This document shows positions 6,773 through 14,553 of a stretch of 33,703 bases of DNA, one piece after another. Origin of the DNA: a virus; the IMG/VR virus record IMGVR_UViG_3300031218_000007; one strand, written 5' to 3'. A model generated the notes under the pieces. It worked only from the letters and a program-made list of their open reading frames with translations, made no database searches and had not been told where the DNA came from. Numbering within the stretch: position 1 is the first letter of the stretch; each line of letters opens with the position of its first letter. The translations under genes and the position numbers were made by a program.

Positions 6773-7567
6773 ATGACTACGATCCACGAAGAATCCCGCG
6801 AAGTATGCAAACGACTTGCTCGGAGGTATAATGCCAGTAAAGACGAACTCGATAAACTGGCATACAATACACTGATTAAGGCGATAAAGCTAATACCAGA
6901 GCGCAAAGCTGGCGGCCTACACCCGTTTCACAGCACTCTAATCAAGGGGCTCACCCCGAATTTTGACCCAAATGTCAAACGACCTGAGAGCGAGACGAAG
7001 GCTTGGAAAAAGATCGAGTCACACGTTACTGCAACGGGCGCGGAAACCGTGCGCATGTTTATGCGGCTCCCGAAGCCGAAAGCGAAAGCAAACGGCGACT
7101 CATACGATGACCATCTGAGCAAGCGCCCTAAGTCTGCACAGCGGCTAATCAACGTCTACGCGGACATCCTAGCAACCGCAGACGACTATTTCAGATTGCA
7201 CCCGTCCAAAGGGCGGGGCCGCAACTCCACAGCGTCGAACACGCCATCCGCACCAGCCGACTGGGTTGACCGCGTGCCGGGCGGCTGGAAGCAATTCGCA
7301 TGGGTGGATTTTTGTCGCAAATACCCGACCGAATCAGCGCAGGTATTGCGCGGCGAGGATTTGACTGTCGGATTTGAGGAATGCACGCCTGCCGATTTAG
7401 ACGCGGCCTTACGCGGCGAGGGCATTGAGTTTAAGCCGCTGACGAAATGGCAGAAGACTGAGCAAATCGCCAGCCGGCTACGCAAGAACCAAGATGACGA
7501 GGCGATGCAGTATGGCCGCGCTGAGCTAGAGCGGCGTGATGGGGGCGCTGTGACGAGCGGAATTTAA
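6773..7567 (+). CDS. Hypothetical protein whose N-terminus weakly resembles sigma-factor region 2
   Basis: ATG at 6773 follows a CA-rich tract. LARRYNASKDELDKLAYNTLIKAIKLIPERKAGGLHPF resembles the ECF sigma region 2 pattern (weak, by eye). Confidence 0.55.
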   Translation: MTTIHEESREVCKRLARRYNASKDELDKLAYNTLIKAIKLIPERKAGGLHPFHSTLIKGLTPNFDPNVKRPESETKAWKKIESHVTATGAETVRMFMRLPKPKAKANGDSYDDHLSKRPKSAQRLINVYADILATADDYFRLHPSKGRGRNSTASNTPSAPADWVDRVPGGWKQFAWVDFCRKYPTESAQVLRGEDLTVGFEECTPADLDAALRGEGIEFKPLTKWQKTEQIASRLRKNQDDEAMQYGRAELERRDGGAVTSGI

Positions 7568-7571
7568 TATT

Positions 7572-7889
7572 ATGGATAAAAACGAAACCGAAACGAAGCC
7601 AGAAACCACAGCCAAACAAGAGACTAATGGGGATTGCCCAGCCGCATCTTGTGTTCGGCTTTATGAAATAACCGCGATGATCTCTCGTAGCGTGGTCATT
7701 GCGGCCACTTCAAAGCAGGACGCTCTTTCCCATGTCGAAACATGGGAAGACGCATGGGAGGCAGTCTCTGAACTTATTGGAGTTAGCGATGTTGATCTCA
7801 ATAATGTCCGCGATGTGAAAACGGACAATTGGAACGATGAGGCTAACCAAGCTACTTGCGCTGCTAACATCCTTTTGCGCGACAGATAG
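7572..7889 (+). CDS. Hypothetical protein
   Basis: 105-aa ORF, tightly packed on the same strand. Confidence 0.5.
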   Translation: MDKNETETKPETTAKQETNGDCPAASCVRLYEITAMISRSVVIAATSKQDALSHVETWEDAWEAVSELIGVSDVDLNNVRDVKTDNWNDEANQATCAANILLRDR

Positions 7890-7894
7890 ATCTC

Positions 7895-8362
7895 ATGACA
7901 CCAACCAAACAGACCTACCGCGTAATCCTACGCACGCCCCAAGACGTAGCCCGCACGCACGCGATCATTGACAACGCGCAGGTGAGCACCGACACACCTT
8001 ACGAGGTCACGATCAAACCGTATGAGCTGACGCGCTCGCAGGCTCAGAACCGGCTCTACCGCAAATGGCTGGCGATCATCTGCGAAGAGACAGGGCAGGA
8101 CACCGACAGCCTACACTTGCTCTTCAAGGAGCGCTTCTTAGTGCCGCTACTATGCGCCGCAGACGATACGTTTGCTGACCGCGTGCAGGCGGTCAAACAG
8201 CTACGGCGGGACGGGGCGCACGAGATGGCGGACTTCGCCAAGGGCATCATACTGGACTACGCCAGCACCACGTCCCTGAAAGTGCGCGGAATGACAACAT
8301 ACCTTGACAATGTTTCGGTATTTGCGGCTGAATTGGGCATCACACTTTCGCAACCAGAATAA
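7895..8362 (+). CDS. NinB/Orf-like recombination mediator (candidate)
   Basis: VTIKPYELTRSQAQNRLYRKWLAIICEETG parallels lambda NinB VTIQERNRSLDQNRKLWACLGDVS. The size is similar. Confidence 0.5.
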   Translation: MTPTKQTYRVILRTPQDVARTHAIIDNAQVSTDTPYEVTIKPYELTRSQAQNRLYRKWLAIICEETGQDTDSLHLLFKERFLVPLLCAADDTFADRVQAVKQLRRDGAHEMADFAKGIILDYASTTSLKVRGMTTYLDNVSVFAAELGITLSQPE

Positions 8363-8381
8363 TAACCACCAACCAACACAC

Positions 8382-8810
8382 ATGATAGACGAAAACACGA
8401 AACTAGAACACGGCGGAAGCGTCAAAATATCGGGTTTATGGCACGCCGTAGGAAGCTCGGCGATGCCAAGCAAACTTTGGTGTAAAATCGGAGATTTCCG
8501 CTATCCACTACGTCGAATGCTGTCGATCATCGAGGCTTACGAGCCGCCCGCACCGCCGCCGTTTAACTGGTCAACAGGCTGCGCAACGTTTGGCGACGAC
8601 ATCAACGCTGCGCTAACCGCTCAGCACGGCGACCCGACGATCCACACGTATGCGGGTGAGGATGCAGAGCGGTATGGGCTGGCTGCGGGACATCGCGTGC
8701 TGGCTTGGCACTCTGATGGGAAAGGGTGGGTAAGGGCGAACCTCGAAATATTAACGCGTGGCACCCAATGGCGCAAGCAGCCCGCAGCACCGCAGGAGGC
8801 GACACCATGA
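8382..8810 (+). CDS. Hypothetical protein
   Basis: ATG at 8382 inside track ORF 8304-8810, preceded by a CA-rich tract. Confidence 0.5.
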   Translation: MIDENTKLEHGGSVKISGLWHAVGSSAMPSKLWCKIGDFRYPLRRMLSIIEAYEPPAPPPFNWSTGCATFGDDINAALTAQHGDPTIHTYAGEDAERYGLAAGHRVLAWHSDGKGWVRANLEILTRGTQWRKQPAAPQEATP

Positions 8811-8986
8811 GCGCGCTACCGACCGAGGACGGCTACTACTGGGCTAAGCTTGATGATGATGAACCTTGGGAAGTGATCGAAATATGGGACGGCCTCTCGT
8901 TTCGCACAGCGTCTACTCGCACAGAGACCGAATTCCACGAAATCCACCCAACCCGCCTCACCCCACCAACCCACACCACACCATGA
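8807..8986 (+). CDS. Hypothetical protein
   Basis: ATGA start/stop overlap with the upstream gene. 59 aa. Confidence 0.45.
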   Translation: MSALPTEDGYYWAKLDDDEPWEVIEIWDGLSFRTASTRTETEFHEIHPTRLTPPTHTTP

Positions 8987-9246
8987 GCAAACTAAAATAC
9001 ACAGCCTGTCAGCGCGTGAGATTCACGGCGTGCGAGACACTACGCGAGGGCGTGATCGACTTCGCCGTAAGCTACGGCACCGCAGACAACCTCTACGACA
9101 TACAGGACAATCACGGACGCATGTATCACGAGGTGCCAGAGGTGCAGGTGCATGGGCTGGCCGTGGTAAGGGAGCCCGACGATCTCGAAAAGGCAGTGCT
9201 CGACTTCGAGGGGCTCATTGACCAGCTGAGAGGGGGGCAACTATGA
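8983..9246 (+). CDS. Hypothetical protein
   Basis: ATGA overlap with the upstream gene. 87 aa. Confidence 0.5.
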   Translation: MSKLKYTACQRVRFTACETLREGVIDFAVSYGTADNLYDIQDNHGRMYHEVPEVQVHGLAVVREPDDLEKAVLDFEGLIDQLRGGQL

Positions 9247-9368
9247 GCACGCCATCGTTCGCGGTCAGTGCCGCGCCTCCGGTGGTGACGCGGCAGGAGA
9301 CCACTCAATCCGCCACACAGTCAACGCGTTACGCCGCCTCGCCCCATTATGAGCTTGACGGATTCTGA
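9243..9368 (+). CDS. Possible small ORF (41 aa)
   Basis: ATGA overlap with the upstream gene is the only support. Confidence 0.25.
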   Translation: MSTPSFAVSAAPPVVTRQETTQSATQSTRYAASPHYELDGF

Positions 9369-9467
9369 GCGGCGTTATAATCCGAAGCGTAGCAAGGATG
9401 TGGACAGCGTGCGAGGCGTGGAGCGGTGGGTGGTAGGATCACCAGCATGCGCTCAGTTTGCGCGGAT

Positions 9468-9533
9468 GGGGTGTAGGTATGGGGGAGTGTGGTGCAGGGG
9501 CGTGGTGAGTGCATGGGGCACCACGGTGGGGGG
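9468..9533 (+). repeat. G-tract cluster (five runs of G4-G6) in a non-coding island
   Basis: GGGG 9468, GGGGG 9481, GGGG 9497, GGGG 9515 and GGGGGG 9528 sit in a G/T-rich stretch with no credible ORF. Confidence 0.8.
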
Positions 9534-9639
9534 TTACAAGGAATCTTTTACGTTGCAACGCGTCCAAAGTGAGTGTCCCAGACCCACCTCCTTTCTCGCA
9601 AACTTTCAAATTACTAAATCTAATCCCCAAACAACCAAC

Positions 9640-10287
9640 ATGAGCAAAACTAATACAGCCGCAACCAACGAGACCTACACCACGCAGGGCGCCGTCGCGA
9701 AGTCGCTCGGCGTCACCGGCCGCATGATCCGAAAATGGCGCGAAGACCATCACGACGCCCCCGCCAAAGTAGACAAACAGGAGCCGCTGCACGCATGGCA
9801 AGCGTTCGTCGAGCGCAAGGGTCTGAGCGGATTACAGGACGAAGCGAACGCATCGCTGGAGGCCATGAAGATCGAAGAGCAACGGCTACGGAATCTATTC
9901 CGCCAAAGCCAGATCGACCTGAACACGGAGAAGCTGTTGATAATGACCGGCGCTTACATTCCGCGTGCCGAGATTGAAGCGCAGCTCGCGCCGCTGATCG
10001 CAGAGTTCCAGATGCTGGTGACCGAGCGCGATATTGAAATGTCCAACTGGTCACCCGGCCACACGACCGGAGAGATCCGCGTCCGTCAGCGGACTACCCT
10101 CGACGCCGTGTTCGACGCGATTCGCTCTGGAGCTGCCGACCTGATGGCGACCGCGCAGAGCAACACGAAGAAGATGCTCGCCAACGAAGCCACGCCAATT
10201 AACGCTCCCGGGCAAGGCCGTCCCAAATCCGCAACCCGCAAGCCAGCGAAGAAAGCGGCGAAGCGGAAAACCAAACGCACCAAATGA
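9640..10287 (+). CDS. terS: Terminase small subunit (candidate)
   Basis: ATG at 9640 inside track ORF 9349-10287. N-terminal HTH-like segment (QGAVAKSLGVTGRMIRKWRE), basic C-tail, and ATGA-coupled to terL. Confidence 0.6.
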   Translation: MSKTNTAATNETYTTQGAVAKSLGVTGRMIRKWREDHHDAPAKVDKQEPLHAWQAFVERKGLSGLQDEANASLEAMKIEEQRLRNLFRQSQIDLNTEKLLIMTGAYIPRAEIEAQLAPLIAEFQMLVTERDIEMSNWSPGHTTGEIRVRQRTTLDAVFDAIRSGAADLMATAQSNTKKMLANEATPINAPGQGRPKSATRKPAKKAAKRKTKRTK

Positions 10288-12164
10288 CCAGCCTCGAAAC
10301 TATCTGGCGCGCCGCCTTCACGACCCGTGACAACCGCAGCATTACGGACTGGGCACATGAGCACATCAAGTTCGGCTCAGATTCGCCGTTTCCTGGCCTA
10401 TTCGACGCGGACAACGTGCCGTGGACACGCCGCATCTACGAGGCATGGCAAGACCCGAGCGTCAGGCAGATCATCATCTCGGGATGCCCGCAGCTATCGG
10501 GCAAGACCATCGCGGCGCAAGTCTGCATGGCTCACACGCAGGTCAACGACCCAAGTCCGATGGGATTCTACGCCGACACAAACGGCAAGGCTGAGCGGTT
10601 TGAGGCTACACGCTGGCGGCCAATGCTGGACAAATGCCCTGCGCTGGCTGACCGCGTGCGCACGGCCACGAAAGGGCGCACGATCTTCAAAGACGGCTCG
10701 TTCCTGATCATCCTCGGAGCCGAGGCAGAGGCGAATCGCCAGTCGGACACATTGCGTCACATCGTCAAGGACGAGGCATGGCGCTATGGTGCAGGATGGG
10801 GCAAGCAGATCGACAACCGCAAGGAGGCGTTTGACCGCACTGGCGACTGGAAAACGATGGCACTCGGCACCGGCGGCACTAAAGGCACGGAATTTTCAAA
10901 CGATCACGCGTCTGGCACCTGCGAAGAATGGCACGTGCCTTGCCCGCACTGCGGAGGGATGCACGACTACAAGTGGGATCACAGCGACGGCGGCGTCTTC
11001 GAGAAAGAGGATGTGATGAAGGCGGACGGCTCGCTTGACTTCCGCGCCACAGGGCAGACCACCCACATCAAATGCCCGCACTGCAAACAGCGCATTGAAT
11101 ACGACCGCGAGGAACGCGCACGCGCCAACCTGAGCGGCGAATGGATCGCGACGAACGAGGACGCTGACCCGAGCATTGTGTCGATTACGATTTCCGCTTT
11201 CGTTGTCGGCAAGGATTGGCGCGATATCATGGAGCGTTGGATTCGCATAGGCAAAGGACATAACGTCGGTCAAAAGCAGGCACTCAAAGATTTCATTCGG
11301 TTTGTTCTTGCTCAGTTCTGGGAAGACCGCCCCATAGTAGTCAAGCAGGAGATGGTAACAGGCGACTACACACGCGCGGACATGCTCGACGGCAGGATGG
11401 ATGGGGAGTTTACGCGCCTCGCTGCAATCGACTACCAGCACGGATTACGGGGCGACCGCGAGCACTTCTGGTTCGTCGTTCGCGCCTATCGTGCAGACGG
11501 CTCTTCGCGCCTCGTAGACTGCGGGCGGGTTGACGAGGTGGCTGACCTCGACGATCGGTTAATCGCGGCAAAAGTCGAACGCGTCAGTAATGCAGATCAC
11601 AAGTCTAGCCGCGTGACGATTGACTGCGCGTTTAAACCCGATGTGATTTATGAGTTTTGCTTGCGATTTAATTGGGTGGGCGTGCGCGGGGAAGACCGAG
11701 ACATGCGGCAAAATGGGGGGCAGTATCTTCACAAAATACCAGTTAAAAAGGGAGTAGAGTTTCGGGTGTATAAGAATTTCAGCGATCTAAAGAGTGGGCA
11801 AATCGGCGTTGGTCGAACGTCGAAATACAACGGGCTATATGCGCCGTGGCGGGCGATCAATAACCAAGCAATCGAAGACCAGCTCTACGAGCTGCGCTCT
11901 GGTAAGGCTATGGCGTGGGAGGTGCCGAGCGACATAATGGACTTTTGCCCCGAGTATGGGCAGCACATCAACACGCACGCAAAGCTCAATGTGAGCAAGG
12001 ATGAGTCACATGAGAACTACCGCTGGACGCTGGTCGGAAGCCAAGAGCAGAACCCCGACCACCTCTACGCCTGCGAAAAATACCTGGTGGGCAAGGCCAT
12101 CGAGGCCGATCTAGTCACGGACATCAGCGAAAAGCAGGAGAGCGAACAGCAAGATAGCGAATAA
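10284..12164 (+). CDS. terL: Terminase large subunit, GpA (lambda) type
   Basis: Walker A (GCPQLSGKT), Walker B-like (HIVKDEAW), and a CPHCG...CPHCK zinc ribbon typical of GpA-family terminases. 626 aa. Confidence 0.88.
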   Translation: MTSLETIWRAAFTTRDNRSITDWAHEHIKFGSDSPFPGLFDADNVPWTRRIYEAWQDPSVRQIIISGCPQLSGKTIAAQVCMAHTQVNDPSPMGFYADTNGKAERFEATRWRPMLDKCPALADRVRTATKGRTIFKDGSFLIILGAEAEANRQSDTLRHIVKDEAWRYGAGWGKQIDNRKEAFDRTGDWKTMALGTGGTKGTEFSNDHASGTCEEWHVPCPHCGGMHDYKWDHSDGGVFEKEDVMKADGSLDFRATGQTTHIKCPHCKQRIEYDREERARANLSGEWIATNEDADPSIVSITISAFVVGKDWRDIMERWIRIGKGHNVGQKQALKDFIRFVLAQFWEDRPIVVKQEMVTGDYTRADMLDGRMDGEFTRLAAIDYQHGLRGDREHFWFVVRAYRADGSSRLVDCGRVDEVADLDDRLIAAKVERVSNADHKSSRVTIDCAFKPDVIYEFCLRFNWVGVRGEDRDMRQNGGQYLHKIPVKKGVEFRVYKNFSDLKSGQIGVGRTSKYNGLYAPWRAINNQAIEDQLYELRSGKAMAWEVPSDIMDFCPEYGQHINTHAKLNVSKDESHENYRWTLVGSQEQNPDHLYACEKYLVGKAIEADLVTDISEKQESEQQDSE

Positions 12165-12180
12165 ACCTGCACACAGCCCC

Positions 12181-12195
12181 TTGACAACCTGCACA
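12181..12195 (+). promoter_or_regulatory. TTGACA..CCTGCACA promoter motif (predicts a leaderless transcript)
   Basis: TTGACAaCCTGCACA, CAAAGT 17 nt downstream, then 7 nt to the ATG at 12217. An extra CCTGCACA half-site lies at 12166-12173. Confidence 0.55.
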
Positions 12196-12216
12196 CATCG
12201 CGGCAAAGTCACAGAA

Positions 12217-12321
12217 ATGAAACGTCCATACAAATCACACTTCGAACAAGACGCCCTCGGCGGCTGGCGTCGAGTCCTCTGCTACGTGCAGCGGGCAGGC
12301 GTCCGCAGGAAAGCGAAGTGA
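12217..12321 (+). CDS. 34-codon basic ORF, or a small RNA, in a self-contained unit
   Basis: MKRPYKSHFEQDALGGWRRVLCYVQRAGVRRKAK. The ATG sits at the predicted transcription start, and the terminator at 12380-12406 closes the unit. Confidence 0.3.
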   Translation: MKRPYKSHFEQDALGGWRRVLCYVQRAGVRRKAK

Positions 12322-12379
12322 CAGTGCAACAAGCGGGAACGTCGCGAAGCCAAAACCGCGTAACACACACACACCCGAA

Positions 12380-12406
12380 GCCCGCCCTAACACGGCGGGC
12401 TTTTTT
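12380..12406 (+). terminator. Rho-independent terminator
   Basis: GCCCGCC / GGCGGGC stem with a 7-nt loop, then TTTTTT. Confidence 0.75.
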
Positions 12407-12437
12407 GCGTCCGCACCGAAGCATTGACAAGCCGCGC

Positions 12438-12457
12438 GTATCCAGATACTGAATACA
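12438..12457 (+). promoter_or_regulatory. GTATCCA-N9-TACA motif (preceded by TTGACA at 12424)
   Basis: GTATCCAgatactgaaTACA, ending 4 nt before the ATG at 12461. Confidence 0.55.
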
Positions 12458-12460
12458 GGC

Positions 12461-12697
12461 ATGGCAATTCCTGACATCAGCTTTTATACGACCGCCGAAG
12501 TCGCAACCCTGCGCACCGCCGTCGTCGCTGAGCGTTTGCGCCGGGCTACAGGTGGCACGATCACCAGCGCGAACAAGAACGGTCGGCAGTTTACCGTTGA
12601 GAGTGCCAGCGAGTCAGAGCTTGCGGGGCTGGAGCAAGCATTAGCGCGTCGGCTCAACACTGGCGGGGCGAACAAGCGGCGTATTTCATTCAATTAA
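12461..12697 (+). CDS. gpW-like head-tail joining / head completion protein
   Basis: 78 aa, sitting between terL and the portal as in lambda. TITSANKNGRQFTVESASESELAGLEQAL parallels lambda gpW [28 protein letters not shown]. Confidence 0.6.
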   Translation: MAIPDISFYTTAEVATLRTAVVAERLRRATGGTITSANKNGRQFTVESASESELAGLEQALARRLNTGGANKRRISFN

Positions 12698-12706
12698 CCA
12701 GCACAC

Positions 12707-14245
12707 ATGGGACTACTTTACAACTTTCTCAGCGGCAAGCTCACAGCAGACCGCGCCTCAAATTCCCTCATCGTAGCACGCGCCAAGGAGATGACGAATC
12801 TCTACGAAGGCGGCCAGCGCAGCCGTAACCGTGGCAACGCATACGGAACGTTCCAGTCGCCCGAGGGCGCAACGGCAACGACCGAGCGGCTACAGATGAT
12901 ACTTGAAGCCCGAGACCTAGAAGATAACTTCCCGATCGCTGACATGATCTTAAACGTTTACGACGTTTACGCATTCGGAACCATCCGCTACCAGCCGATG
13001 ACCGGCGACGTAAATTTCAACAACGAGATCAGCGAATTCCTCAAGGAGTGGTTTGCTGAGTGCGAATACACTGGGCGATTTGATTTTCAGAAAACGGCGC
13101 AGATGGCGCAACGCGGCAAAAAGCGCGACGGTGAATCTGGCATTGTGCATATTATCGACGAAAACGGAGACTACAAGATTCAGCTAATTACTGGAGACCG
13201 TATTGGAAATCCGAATACGATCCTTTCCAATAATCTCAACGACCAGAACGGAATCCTAGTTGACGACGGCGGTCGCGTGCTAGGGTATGAACTTTACAGC
13301 CGCAGGTCGAACAGCAGCGTTTACACTTTCGACAAGTTCATTCCGCAAGGCCACTTCTCGCACGTATTTGACCCGACACGTGCAGACGCTTACCACGGAG
13401 TAACTGCTTTCAAATCCGTGATTACGCGGATGCGCGACATGAAGGAAACGCTCGAATACTCGCGCATCAATATCAAATACCGCGCCACTCAGTTGCCATA
13501 CATGAAGACCGACGACGGCGAAGTGCCTAGCGACGTAAACCACTTCAGGGACAACCAGCCGCCAAAGCCAACGCATGACGAAGCGGGCGTAAAGCTAGAG
13601 CACGTCGAAGGCGGCGAGCAGCAATACATGCGCACGACTGAGGGCGTGTTTGAGTTTCCGAACGACTTCCCGAACGGAACATTCCTGCCCGTAATCGAAA
13701 CGCAAGCGAAAGAAATCTTCGCAGGCGTAGGGCTGTCTTACGATTTCAGCTGGAAAGTGGACAAACTTACCGGCACAGTCGGCAGGCTCGTAGTTGAGCG
13801 CGAAGACCGCGTGATGCAGATCGAAAGGTCTAACTCTGAGCGGCAGTGGATGAACATGGCCATTCGCCGTGCCATCCAAAACGGAATCGACCAAGGCCGA
13901 ATCAAAGGCGACAGCGCAACCAAATTCAAGGGAGCGTTTTTCTACGGTGCTCGCATCACAGCCGACTACGGACGGGACGCAAAAGCAGACATTGAACTCG
14001 TAAACGCGGGGCTACTGACAGAGACCGAATATCAGCACATACACGGCCGCCACCCCGAGGACGTGCGCACGACTCGACTAGAGGAAACACTTGGATTGAT
14101 TCAGGACGGCAAGAAAGTTGCTGAAAAATCTGGCCTGTCCGTAGACAACGCGACAAACCTAATCCGCAAGGTGTACCCACAGCCGCCAACCATTCAGAGC
14201 GTATCCGAGACAACGCAACCCGGCGCTGAGCTTGAGCGGCGTTGA
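12707..14245 (+). CDS. Portal protein (lambda gpB family by size and synteny)
   Basis: 512 aa, directly after the gpW-like gene and before the protease/scaffold gene, in the lambda Nu1-A-W-B-C order. Confidence 0.75.
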   Translation: MGLLYNFLSGKLTADRASNSLIVARAKEMTNLYEGGQRSRNRGNAYGTFQSPEGATATTERLQMILEARDLEDNFPIADMILNVYDVYAFGTIRYQPMTGDVNFNNEISEFLKEWFAECEYTGRFDFQKTAQMAQRGKKRDGESGIVHIIDENGDYKIQLITGDRIGNPNTILSNNLNDQNGILVDDGGRVLGYELYSRRSNSSVYTFDKFIPQGHFSHVFDPTRADAYHGVTAFKSVITRMRDMKETLEYSRINIKYRATQLPYMKTDDGEVPSDVNHFRDNQPPKPTHDEAGVKLEHVEGGEQQYMRTTEGVFEFPNDFPNGTFLPVIETQAKEIFAGVGLSYDFSWKVDKLTGTVGRLVVEREDRVMQIERSNSERQWMNMAIRRAIQNGIDQGRIKGDSATKFKGAFFYGARITADYGRDAKADIELVNAGLLTETEYQHIHGRHPEDVRTTRLEETLGLIQDGKKVAEKSGLSVDNATNLIRKVYPQPPTIQSVSETTQPGAELERR

Positions 14246-14498
14246 CGGGAACGGCAACTTAGTAACCGAAGAAATAAAAGCAGATCCGTTGATTGCATCG
14301 ATTGGCGTTGGCGGATCTCAGGCAATGACGCAAGTTATTGAGGGATTCGGAACCGGTGTAATACCCAAAAGCGCAGCTAAGATAATGCTGGTCAACGTTC
14401 TCGGCCTCGCGCCTGACCTTGCCGATGAGATGCTCGCCAGCGCGGAAGTGTCGCCACTTGTCGCAGACGGACTCGATACCACCGTAACAGGCGAATAG
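14232..14498 (+). CDS. Hypothetical ORF overlapping the portal 3' end (start uncertain)
   Basis: 88-codon open frame, +1 relative to the portal. The only starts available are TTG 14232 or ATG 14325. Confidence 0.35.
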   Translation: MSGVDGNGNLVTEEIKADPLIASIGVGGSQAMTQVIEGFGTGVIPKSAAKIMLVNVLGLAPDLADEMLASAEVSPLVADGLDTTVTGE

Positions 14499-14533
14499 CG
14501 TCAATCAAAACGATGTTGACCTTTTCAGTTTGT

Positions 14534-14553
14534 GTATCCATAAACTGAATACA
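14534..14553 (+). promoter_or_regulatory. GTATCCA-N9-TACA motif
   Basis: GTATCCAtaaactgaaTACA. The final A is the A of the ATG at 14553. Confidence 0.55.

Noticed and set aside
9349-9639. N-terminal 97-aa extension of the terminase small subunit
   Set aside because: The extension is Gly/Trp/Val/Arg-rich translation of the G-rich island. The protein-like sequence and the usual CA-rich start context begin at the ATG at 9640.
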